47,396 nt of DNA, taken from positions 1 through 47,396 of the forward strand of contig JABMMX010000211.1 of the NCBI GenBank assembly GCA_013205435.1, in the 5' to 3' direction. The translations under genes and the position numbers were made by a program. Shown piece by piece: positions 17,575-25,441 of this stretch. Each line of letters opens with the position of its first letter. Positions within the stretch are counted from its first letter, which is position 1. A model generated the notes under the pieces. It worked only from the letters and a program-made list of their open reading frames with translations, searched no databases and was not told the DNA's origin. This stretch comes from Deltaproteobacteria bacterium. GTDB lineage: Bacteria > Myxococcota_A > Bradymonadia > REDH01.

Positions 17575-19245
17575 TCAGAAGCTGAGTTCGGCGCTGACGC
17601 CCACAACGGTCATTGGCTCCGAGCCGCCCAGCGCGGTGTCGTCGCCGTCGACGATGCGGTCGACCTCCACCTCGTAGAAATTGTCGGGCAGGAAGATACC
17701 ACCGACGGCCGAGAGCTTGAGCTCATCGATCCGGTGCGACAAGACCGCCTCCCACTCCGTTCCGAGCGCCTTACCGAGCCGCTTCTGAGCAGCGATTTCG
17801 GCGCGCGAGTAACCGTAGGGCGGCTCAGGGATGAGTTCAAACGCGCCGAAGTTCACAAAGGTGTGGCTCGTGTCCCGGTAGTTCCATCCGCTCACCTTGA
17901 TCGAGGTCTCGCCGATGGTGGCGATGATGGTGCCCGAGACAAACTCGGTACCTGCCGTGCGCGACTGCTGCTGCGGGCTGCGGTCGAGACCGTCGGGCGC
18001 GAGCGAGGCAGAGGGGCGCCAGCCGGCCAGCCGGCCAATCGCAACGCCGCCGACCTTTGAGCCGCGGAATCCTGTGAACCCGCCGTTGAATTCCATGCCG
18101 TTCGAGTCGTGGTCGGCACCATCGAAGTGGTAGAAGGAGCCGCCCATCTCGAGCAGCACCGACGAGAGAGGGAGCGAGAGGTCGATACCGGCACCGAAGG
18201 CGTTGCCGTCGGTCTTCACCTCATCGTAGGCGGCAACGAGCGCCTGCCGGTCAGCGCCCTGCGACATCGCGCCCTCCAGATAGGCGCCTAGAACCGCAGC
18301 GCCGGCCGTTTCGAGGTCTCCGTCTCCGCCGATCTCCAACTCCCACGCCGCGCGAGCGCCGTAGAGGTTCTGGTAGTCGCCGTCGGAGAAGTTCCCGAGC
18401 TGACCGCCGTAGCTGATGTCTGCGCCGGTACCCGTGTAGTCCGAGCCGCCGATGCCGGCGAAGAAGTAGTAGGCGCCGAGGTCGAGACGCTGAGCAGCCG
18501 TCTTGATTGTGCCATCGTAGGCCAGGCCGGACCGGTAGGTGTAGTTGTCGCCGTCGAAGCCAAAGGTGGTCTCGCGACCCGTCGTATACCGCGTGTATCC
18601 GGCTTCGGGCAGCTCCTGACCTGAGAAGAAGTCGAAGGGTACAAGCCGCAGCCGGCCCGCCGAGCCGAGCCCAATGGTGGCGACAAGGCCGTCGACGCTG
18701 CCGGACATGATGTAGTCCTTGGGCACGCCGCCGATCGAGAAGGGCTGGCGACCCATGGAGAGGTCGGCGCTGACGCCGTCCTGCTCGAACAGGCTGACGC
18801 CAAGCGACAGGCCGTAGAGGCTGACGATGGCAGTGGGCGAGCTGTTAAGAACAAAGGCGGGCCACTGGGTCTCAATCTCGCCGTCGAGCGTCAGAGAGAG
18901 CCGGTCCGATGGCCGTGCGACGATGTGCGCGCCGGCGTCCGAGTAGCCGAACATCGACTTGTCGTCGGTGTCTCGCACGGTCGCATCGCTCGAACCGTCG
19001 AAGGGGCGGAGGTCGAGGTTGTTGTAACCCTGGACCAGGCTCGAGGCGCGGAAGGTTACCTCGTAGTTGAGTGCCGTCGAGGCGACTGCTGCCGGCTCGC
19101 TAGGCAGCTCGGCAAGCGGCTCCGCCGCCGCCTCTTCAGCAGAGGCGGGCGCAGGAGCTTGGCCCTCATCCTGCGCCGAGGCGAAGGCGGGCGCGGTGGT
19201 GCAGAGGAGCAGAAGCGAGAAGGTGATGGACGATTGATGCGCCAC
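17575..19245 (-). CDS. Putative outer-membrane beta-barrel channel
   Basis: The ORF track starts at a TTG at 19260. The in-frame GTG at 19245 is preceded by GGAGG at 5 nt. A signal peptide ends ...APAFASA|QDE. The body is Gly/Tyr/Phe-rich with alternating strands. The C-terminal ...VGVSAELSF ends in Phe. Confidence 0.65.
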   Translation of the reverse strand: MAHQSSITFSLLLLCTTAPAFASAQDEGQAPAPASAEEAAAEPLAELPSEPAAVASTALNYEVTFRASSLVQGYNNLDLRPFDGSSDATVRDTDDKSMFGYSDAGAHIVARPSDRLSLTLDGEIETQWPAFVLNSSPTAIVSLYGLSLGVSLFEQDGVSADLSMGRQPFSIGGVPKDYIMSGSVDGLVATIGLGSAGRLRLVPFDFFSGQELPEAGYTRYTTGRETTFGFDGDNYTYRSGLAYDGTIKTAAQRLDLGAYYFFAGIGGSDYTGTGADISYGGQLGNFSDGDYQNLYGARAAWELEIGGDGDLETAGAAVLGAYLEGAMSQGADRQALVAAYDEVKTDGNAFGAGIDLSLPLSSVLLEMGGSFYHFDGADHDSNGMEFNGGFTGFRGSKVGGVAIGRLAGWRPSASLAPDGLDRSPQQQSRTAGTEFVSGTIIATIGETSIKVSGWNYRDTSHTFVNFGAFELIPEPPYGYSRAEIAAQKRLGKALGTEWEAVLSHRIDELKLSAVGGIFLPDNFYEVEVDRIVDGDDTALGGSEPMTVVGVSAELSF

Positions 19246-19262
19246 GAGGGCCTCCAGCAAAA

Positions 19263-20294
19263 TCAGAAGATTGACTCAATTTGACCGGTACGGACCACCC
19301 ACTGCTGCAGGCCGCCAAACCCGGAGACAACCGGCGCGGTTACGGAGATTTGCGAACCGAGCCGCACCTTCACGCCGCGGCGACCGAGCTCCTGCTCGAG
19401 GCTCACATTCCAGCAGGCGGTGGGCAGAAGGTCGACGTTGAAGGAGGCGCCACCGGCACAGGCCGCCGGGCAGATGCGATCCACGCAGAGCGTGTTTGCC
19501 GTGTCGGAAGGGCACTTGGCTCGGCAGGTGCCTGCGCAGTTCTCACGGCAGACAGCGGTTGAGGCGCCCTCGCCGACCTCAGGAAGGGGCCGGTTCGACA
19601 CCACCATCGCGTTGAAGTTCGAGCTCGTCGGCTCCTGAAGCACGTAGCCGCTGACCCGCAACGTCCGGCCGAGGTCGGCGTCCGAAAAGGCGGCATCAGA
19701 GGCCGTGTAACGCACCTCGGAGGTGCCCTCGAGCTTCTCTGTGTCGGAGATGACCACATACTTCTGGCCCGGGTAGGGCTCGATCAGGCCGCGCACTGTG
19801 AGTCGCACATGGTCGCCGAATTTGAACTCCGAAACGCGACCGTCGCGCAGAACAACGATGCCTCCCGTGTCATCCTCAACCACGAACGAGGCGTAGAAGC
19901 GCTCGTCCTGGCCGCAGACCGGAACCTTCAGATACTTTTGAGACGCCAGCGAAACGACGCCCGTGATGGTCATCGGCAGGCGAGGCGAAGTGGAGATCGA
20001 ACTACAGACATCGCCGGCCGGCTCATCGCCCGCACCGACGAGGAAGTCGGAAGCGGAGGAGCCAATCAGGTCGAGCAGGTCTGCAACCCCCGAACCATCG
20101 CCGACAGGCAGACCGTACCGCTGCTCCACGCGACCAGAGCCCTCGCCCGTGAAGCGGGGCGCAAAGGCCACCGGCTCCTCGATGAGATCGGCCGAGCCCG
20201 CAGCCTCCCGGTTGTCGAGCGTCGGCTCATCCCACTCCGCCGCGCAGGCCGAGAGGGATGCCGCCGCGACGAGCGCGCTCGCCAGCCACCTCAT
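19263..20294 (-). CDS. Lipoprotein with OB-fold-like module(s) and a C-terminal Cys-rich segment
   Basis: ORF trimmed to the ATG at 20294 (MRWLASALVAAASLSAC). This start overlaps the upstream stop as TAATG. The module ITGVVSLASQ...FYASFVVEDDTGGIVVL...GDHVRLTVRGLIEPYPGQKYVV resembles the OB-like barrels of ExeM/NucH-type nucleases. Eight Cys lie in residues 249-294. Confidence 0.6.
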   Translation of the reverse strand: MRWLASALVAAASLSACAAEWDEPTLDNREAAGSADLIEEPVAFAPRFTGEGSGRVEQRYGLPVGDGSGVADLLDLIGSSASDFLVGAGDEPAGDVCSSISTSPRLPMTITGVVSLASQKYLKVPVCGQDERFYASFVVEDDTGGIVVLRDGRVSEFKFGDHVRLTVRGLIEPYPGQKYVVISDTEKLEGTSEVRYTASDAAFSDADLGRTLRVSGYVLQEPTSSNFNAMVVSNRPLPEVGEGASTAVCRENCAGTCRAKCPSDTANTLCVDRICPAACAGGASFNVDLLPTACWNVSLEQELGRRGVKVRLGSQISVTAPVVSGFGGLQQWVVRTGQIESIF

Positions 20295-21304
20295 TACTGA
20301 GCCGTCCAAGACCAGTCGAAGTTGGCAACGTTGATCTGCGGCGCGCCGTCGAACTGGCTGAGCGGACCGACGAAGGTCACACACTGACCGATCGTGAGGA
20401 AGCTGCTGGCGCTGCGGTAGAGCGCCACCTGGCCATTGGCGTAGGTGAGGTCGTAGCACTTGGAGGAGCCGCCGCAGGCTGCGCCGCCACCCGTCAGCGT
20501 GCCCTCGACCCGGACGACTTCGCCGATGTCGGCTGAGGTCAGCGCTGTCGCGGTCCGCTCGAGGACGTGCACGCCGGTGTCGGCCTCCACGAGCTCCCAG
20601 CTGTTGGCGGCCTGAACTTGGCCCGAACCGAAGTAGCTATCGACCGCGGTCACAACGAAGTTCAGCTTGTGGCCGACGCGAATCTGCGTGACCGGAACAT
20701 TTGCGGCATTGGTGAAGTCGAGGCGAACCTCAACCGTCCCGTTGGAGTCCGCAACCCAGAAGTTCGACTGCGACGGAGGCACCGCAGCCGTGTTCATGTA
20801 GGAGGTTGCCACGACGATCGCGCCCGTGATGACGACCGGCGTCGGCAGGATGGTGGGGTCGCCGTCCACGGTGGGGAACTGCGAGATGACCTCGTCGATG
20901 TTGGCGTCGCCGTAGGTGAACTCGCTGCGGTTGTTCACAAAGAGCGGAACGCCGCCGCTCGGCGCATCGGTGCCAAAAATCTGGCCTGAGTAGGCAGGGG
21001 CGCTGCCGCACACATAGCCGTCCGCGGTATCACCGGCGGTGTCTGCGGTGGTGTCGGGGTTGACCGTCGTGTCTGCGGTGGTGTCGGGGTCGACCGTCGT
21101 GTCTGCGGTGGTGTCGGGGTCAATGGAGGTGTCGTCGGTCGTATCCGTCGTCGCGCCCGTGTCAGAGCCAGCCGTGTCGGGCCGGCCCGTATCGGTCACG
21201 GTGCCACCACCATTGGAGCGCGCCGGGTCTTCGGAGCCGCTGGAGCAGGCGACAAGCGCGAGGAGCGAGAGAGCGAAAAGGGGACGAAGAGAAGCGGTAT
21301 GCAT
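20294..21304 (-). CDS. Lipoprotein with a long Asp/Thr-rich repeat linker and two OB-fold-like modules
   Basis: ORF trimmed to the ATG at 21304 (MHTASLRPLFALSLLALVAC). The linker contains DPDTTADTTV repeats. Modules: VVITGAIVVATSY...NFWVADSNGTVEV...VGHKLNFVVTAVDSYFGSGQV and IGEVVRVEGTL...IGQCVTFVGPLSQFDGAPQI. Confidence 0.6.
   Translation of the reverse strand: MHTASLRPLFALSLLALVACSSGSEDPARSNGGGTVTDTGRPDTAGSDTGATTDTTDDTSIDPDTTADTTVDPDTTADTTVNPDTTADTAGDTADGYVCGSAPAYSGQIFGTDAPSGGVPLFVNNRSEFTYGDANIDEVISQFPTVDGDPTILPTPVVITGAIVVATSYMNTAAVPPSQSNFWVADSNGTVEVRLDFTNAANVPVTQIRVGHKLNFVVTAVDSYFGSGQVQAANSWELVEADTGVHVLERTATALTSADIGEVVRVEGTLTGGGAACGGSSKCYDLTYANGQVALYRSASSFLTIGQCVTFVGPLSQFDGAPQINVANFDWSWTAQ
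21041..21121. repeat. 30-bp tandem repeat, ~2.7 copies, inside the CDS
   Basis: gtctgcggtggtgtcggggtYgaccgtcgt at 21041-21070 and 21071-21100, plus a partial copy at 21101-21121. It encodes (D/N)PDTTADTTV on the minus strand. Confidence 0.9.
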
Positions 21305-21498
21305 GGTCGGCCTGAGTGGGCGGTGATTGCTGGGTAGGTTGCGCTGCGGGGGCGCTGCAGAGCGGCGATTTCGAGGCACGCACGCGCGTGCTGCTCCGCT
21401 AGGCCACGGCCCTTCGTTCGTCAACCGCCCGCGCCGTTTGAGGCATCTGTCGCACCCTGCTAGGTGGCGCGTTCCCCGCGGCCACTCAGACAGGTCCT

Positions 21499-22521
21499 AT
21501 GCAGACACCCATACGTTACACGCTCCCCCTGCTCGCGCTGCTCGCGCTGCTCGCCGGCTGCGCAGCGCAGGCCGATCCCGCACGCGACAGAACAGGCGGT
21601 GGCAGCGACACGGGAACGCCACAAACCGATGGCGGAGACCTCGACACCGGCGCCGCAGATACCGCAGCAGACACCAGCGCAGACACCACGCCAGCCGGTC
21701 CGACCATCGAGATCGCCACCTGGAACGCAGCCCGCTTCTTCGACCGCGTCTGCGATTCAGGCCGGTGCGATGCGGGGCAAAACGACTACGAGGAGCTGCC
21801 CTCCGCCGCGCAGTTTCAGTACAAGGCATCCCAGCTCGCCACCGGCATCACCCGTCAGGATGCCGACATCATGCTCCTGCAAGAGGTGGAGTCGCAGGAC
21901 TGCATCGATGCCCTCATCGCCGCCCTCCCCGCCGGCCGCTGGCCCGTCGCCGTGCTCGGTGAAATGGGGCAGGATGCCTCTGTCGATGTCGCCGTCCTAG
22001 CCAACGGAGAGCTCGTCGATGTCATCCGCCACCGGAGCGTCTCGCTGCCGCTTCCCGGTGGCGGTTCGACCACCTTCACGCGCGAATTCCTCGAGGTAGA
22101 ACTCCTCATTCAAGGCCGGCCCGTCACGGTCTTCACTGCCCATTTCCGCTCCAAGAACAACGACGACCCGGCCCGCCGGCTCGCAGAGGCCCGGGGCGCA
22201 GCAGCGATCGTCGCAGCCTCCGCCGCCGCCTCTCCGGACTCCCTCGTCGTGCTCGGCGGGGACCTCAACGACACCCCGGACTCGGAGCCGATGCTTGCCC
22301 TCACCTCGCCGGGCATCCTCGTCCGCGTTGCGGCAGACATCGTCCCCAACGACTGGACCTACGCCTTCAACTCACAGCGGGATGCCATCGACCACCTGCT
22401 CATCGCAAACACCGCTTCGGGCGGCTACGTGGCATGCTCTGCGACTGTGCTCCGCGACGCGACAGGCGGCCTCAATACCTCCGACCACGCATCGCTGCGG
22501 GCCAGTTTCTACCTGCCCTGA
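21499..22521 (+). CDS. Endonuclease/exonuclease/phosphatase (EEP) family lipoprotein, probable secreted nuclease
   Basis: Lipobox LLALLAGC plus an acidic D/T/G linker. EEP motifs: IEIATWNAARFF, LLQEVES, GGDLNDTPDSEP, DHLLI, SDHASLRASF. Confidence 0.8.
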   Translation: MQTPIRYTLPLLALLALLAGCAAQADPARDRTGGGSDTGTPQTDGGDLDTGAADTAADTSADTTPAGPTIEIATWNAARFFDRVCDSGRCDAGQNDYEELPSAAQFQYKASQLATGITRQDADIMLLQEVESQDCIDALIAALPAGRWPVAVLGEMGQDASVDVAVLANGELVDVIRHRSVSLPLPGGGSTTFTREFLEVELLIQGRPVTVFTAHFRSKNNDDPARRLAEARGAAAIVAASAAASPDSLVVLGGDLNDTPDSEPMLALTSPGILVRVAADIVPNDWTYAFNSQRDAIDHLLIANTASGGYVACSATVLRDATGGLNTSDHASLRASFYLP

Positions 22522-25316
22522 GGGGGCGCCACGCGCAACGATGGCACCTTCTCCACGGGGATTTCTCCGCGCATAACGGCCTCAATCTGCGCGGGGGAGA
22601 TGGGGTAACCGCCGCGAATCGCAACGGGCTCGCCCTTCTCCTTCGCATATTGCAGGTAGGCCTTCCAGTTCGCCTCAAAGGCGGTGAACTCCTCCTCCGC
22701 CTCCTCTTCACGCTCCTCGGCAAGCGCCTCGATGCGACCGGTCGCAGCAGCGCGGACCACGCCCGCGGGAAGCGGCCGCTCGCCGCGCTCGATGCGGGCC
22801 TGAGCCTCCGCGCGCGAGATGCGTCCCATCTTCCAGAGGCGATAGTTCTGCACCACGGTGCCTAGCTCCTTGTTCCGGTCGGGTCCGGAGAAGTCCATTG
22901 CCATCGACTCTCTGACGCCCGGCGTCTTGAGGTCGCGGATCTTGTCTTCGGGGATGATGCGGGGCTTGACCACGTAGGGGGAGTAATCGGGCACGCCCGT
23001 GAACATGTCCCACATGGGCGACGCCATCGCGTCGGGGCGACCCATCGGCGGTACGCCAAGGATGCGGGTCATGGTCGCGAAGACCGACTGGAAGGAGTAG
23101 TTCACGAAGCTGATGTAGCCGCGCTTGGCCCAGGGGCTGATGACGAAGGCGAAGACGCGGTGCGAGTCGACATGGTCCTCGCAGCCCTGCGGGTCATCCT
23201 CGACGACGAAGATGGCGGTCTTCTTCCAGTACTCGCTCTGTGAGAGGCCCTCGGTCAGCCGGCCGATGGCGAAGTCGTTGTCGGCCACCTGCGCCTCGGG
23301 CGTGGGGTTACCGGGGGTGGTGCCGCCCGTGTGGTCGTTCGGCATCAGCATGTAGGTGAACTTTGCCAGTTTACCCTGGCTGATCTTGCGGAGCACATAC
23401 TCGGCCCGATCGGTGTCGCGCACGCCCATCGAATAGAAGAAGCCGCCGGGGTAGGCCCGGTCCGAGAAGGCGAAGGGCTGGCGACCGTCTGCAGCGCGGC
23501 TGAACATGCCGGTGATCTCGCCGTAGACCTGAATGCTGATGTCCCGATCCATGAGGTGGGTAAAGAAGCTGCCGTTGGTCGGGGTGGTTGTCGCCGCCAC
23601 CTGATAGGCATCGAACATTCCGCTGCGATCCGACTCGACCCAGGACCGCTCCACGAAGTCATTCAGGAAGCCGGCGGTGAGCATGATGTGGCCCATGTCG
23701 GAGTCTTCGACCTCGTCGTAGAAGTTTGCGGAGAAGGCGAACTCATCGACGAAGGCATGCTGGTTCGGCGTGATGTCGCGGCCCCAGACAACCAGGCTCG
23801 GGTCGACGTTAAGCCCACGGTCCGAGATGTCGCCGAAGACACAGTCCAAGGTCTTGTTCTCCTTCACGACGAGGATGACATGCTCAATCGGGGTGTAGTC
23901 GCCCGGGTTGACCGGGACGGGGAAGAAGTCGTCGCACTCGACCGGGAAGGTGGTCAGGGAGCGGAGGTCGTTGGAGACGACCTGCGCTGTGGTGGCAGCG
24001 ATGTCGAGACCCTCGAGCGTCACGAAGCTGACGCTGCCGTCCATGGCCTCCTTGGAGGAGCGGCCTAGGCTGGGGCCACTTCCAAAGCCCTTGCCCTCTG
24101 CGACGATGAGCTTCTGACCATCGGGGGTGACAGCGCTTCCCGCAGGGTACCAGGCCGTGGGCATCGAGCCGATGAAGGAGAGGTCGGAGGTGGCGAGCAC
24201 CGAGACGGCGTTGTCGACGCCACGGGTTACGTAGAGGCGGCTGCCATCGGGCGAGACTTCCACGTCGTTCACGTTGCTGCGAAGCAACGGGGTGCCATCG
24301 TTGGTGAGAACATCCGACTCCACCACGCGGACCCGCTTGCTCACAGACCAGTCAGAGACCCGAACCTCGACAAGTTCATCAGCGCCGGAGACCGCAATCC
24401 AGAGCTTGCTACCGTCGGGGGAGGCCTGCATGCCCATGGGGCCGCGACCCACATCCACTGGCTCGCCGACTTGGCCCGTCACGGTATCTACGACCTGAAT
24501 GTCGGAGGTGACATGCGACGAGACGACGATGGTCTCGGTGCCGGGGATTCGTTCCACATCCCATACACCAGCGGAGATCGTGTAGGTGTTGGCGACGGCC
24601 TCCGGGGTGCCGAGGCGGGTGGTGTCGAGCGCGAGCAGGCGGCTGCCCTCTGCCTCACCGACATAAAGGCGGCTGCCATCCGCCGAGAGGGTCATACCCG
24701 AGGTAACGATGGGGAGCTCAGTGCTCACAGCAAGCGCAATCTCGCCGGTGGTGGCGTTTACGTCGAAGGCATCGACCCGCTTGGTGGACCCCGACGCGAC
24801 GAAGAGACGAGAGCCGTCCGCCGTCAGCGCGAGGCCGTAGTAGGCCTCATCAAGAGAGACGTCCTGAACCACCAAACCGTCGACGGTGCTCATCACGAGG
24901 ATGCGCCGGTCGTCGATGCTGGTGCTCAGCACGAAGACCACCGGGAGTGTGGGGTGGACCACCAGGTTGGAGGGGAAGCCGGGAACAGGGGTGGTGATAC
25001 CGGGCGAGCTCAGGCGGCGGCCGCCGAGGCCAACAATGCCGGAGCCATCGTTGGCGCCTGCTTCCAGTTTCGCAGCCTCGGTAGGCTCGGGGGTGCAGAC
25101 TACATCGGGGACAACCCATACATCTTCGGTGCCGCTTCCGTCGGCGCTGCCATCCGAAGTATCGAGGGTGCCCGAACCGTCGGCGCTGCCTTCCGAGGTA
25201 TCGCTGGCATCTCCACTACCGGTACCGGCGTCGGTGATCTCGGCGGTCTCCTTGTCGTCGCCACAGGCAAGGAGCGACCCAGAGAGGAGCAAGCAGAGGA
25301 GGGGCAGGTGTCTCAT
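22509..25316 (-). CDS. Lipoprotein fusion: YVTN/YncE-type beta-propeller plus phosphoesterase (PlcN/AcpA-like) domain
   Basis: Lipobox LLSGSLLAC plus an acidic linker. Repeated blades: DGSRLFVAS, DGSRLYVGE, DGSKLWIAV, DGSRLYVTR, DGQKLIVAE. The C-terminal half has IEHVILVVKENKTLDCVFG, MLMPNDHTGG and VVEDDPQGCEDHVDSHRVFAFVISPWAKRG, typical of the phosphoesterase family. Confidence 0.8.
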   Translation of the reverse strand: MRHLPLLCLLLSGSLLACGDDKETAEITDAGTGSGDASDTSEGSADGSGTLDTSDGSADGSGTEDVWVVPDVVCTPEPTEAAKLEAGANDGSGIVGLGGRRLSSPGITTPVPGFPSNLVVHPTLPVVFVLSTSIDDRRILVMSTVDGLVVQDVSLDEAYYGLALTADGSRLFVASGSTKRVDAFDVNATTGEIALAVSTELPIVTSGMTLSADGSRLYVGEAEGSRLLALDTTRLGTPEAVANTYTISAGVWDVERIPGTETIVVSSHVTSDIQVVDTVTGQVGEPVDVGRGPMGMQASPDGSKLWIAVSGADELVEVRVSDWSVSKRVRVVESDVLTNDGTPLLRSNVNDVEVSPDGSRLYVTRGVDNAVSVLATSDLSFIGSMPTAWYPAGSAVTPDGQKLIVAEGKGFGSGPSLGRSSKEAMDGSVSFVTLEGLDIAATTAQVVSNDLRSLTTFPVECDDFFPVPVNPGDYTPIEHVILVVKENKTLDCVFGDISDRGLNVDPSLVVWGRDITPNQHAFVDEFAFSANFYDEVEDSDMGHIMLTAGFLNDFVERSWVESDRSGMFDAYQVAATTTPTNGSFFTHLMDRDISIQVYGEITGMFSRAADGRQPFAFSDRAYPGGFFYSMGVRDTDRAEYVLRKISQGKLAKFTYMLMPNDHTGGTTPGNPTPEAQVADNDFAIGRLTEGLSQSEYWKKTAIFVVEDDPQGCEDHVDSHRVFAFVISPWAKRGYISFVNYSFQSVFATMTRILGVPPMGRPDAMASPMWDMFTGVPDYSPYVVKPRIIPEDKIRDLKTPGVRESMAMDFSGPDRNKELGTVVQNYRLWKMGRISRAEAQARIERGERPLPAGVVRAAATGRIEALAEEREEEAEEEFTAFEANWKAYLQYAKEKGEPVAIRGGYPISPAQIEAVMRGEIPVEKVPSLRVAPPQGR
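25138..25202. repeat. 39-bp period direct repeat (2 copies) in the linker-coding region
   Basis: ccgtcggcgctgccWtccgaRgtatc at 25138-25163 and 25177-25202. It encodes TS(E/D)GSADGSGT(L/E)D twice. Confidence 0.8.
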
Positions 25317-25441
25317 GGCAAACCCGGTATGGGAGGTGGGGGTGCGCAGCGCGCCAGACGGAGATGGCTGGCGGATACCTGCCCTTTCCTACGCGAAGGT
25401 GTCAACCCTGTGACGGTTCTACCGGCGCCAGGTCGGCAGCC

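Noticed and set aside
21305-21498. A Pho box in the divergent promoter of the nuclease operon and the EEP gene.
   Set aside because: I found no pair of CTGTCAT-like direct repeats with 11-bp phasing. There is only a short palindrome (GCACGC-N4-GCGTGC, around 21378-21393) of unknown meaning. Phosphate control therefore remains a hypothesis without sequence support.
21041-25202. A possible CRISPR-like or mobile-element repeat.
   Set aside because: The only tandem repeats (30-bp at 21041-21121 and 39-bp period at 25138-25202) are in frame inside linker-coding regions. They have no spacers and no cas, transposase or integrase genes nearby.
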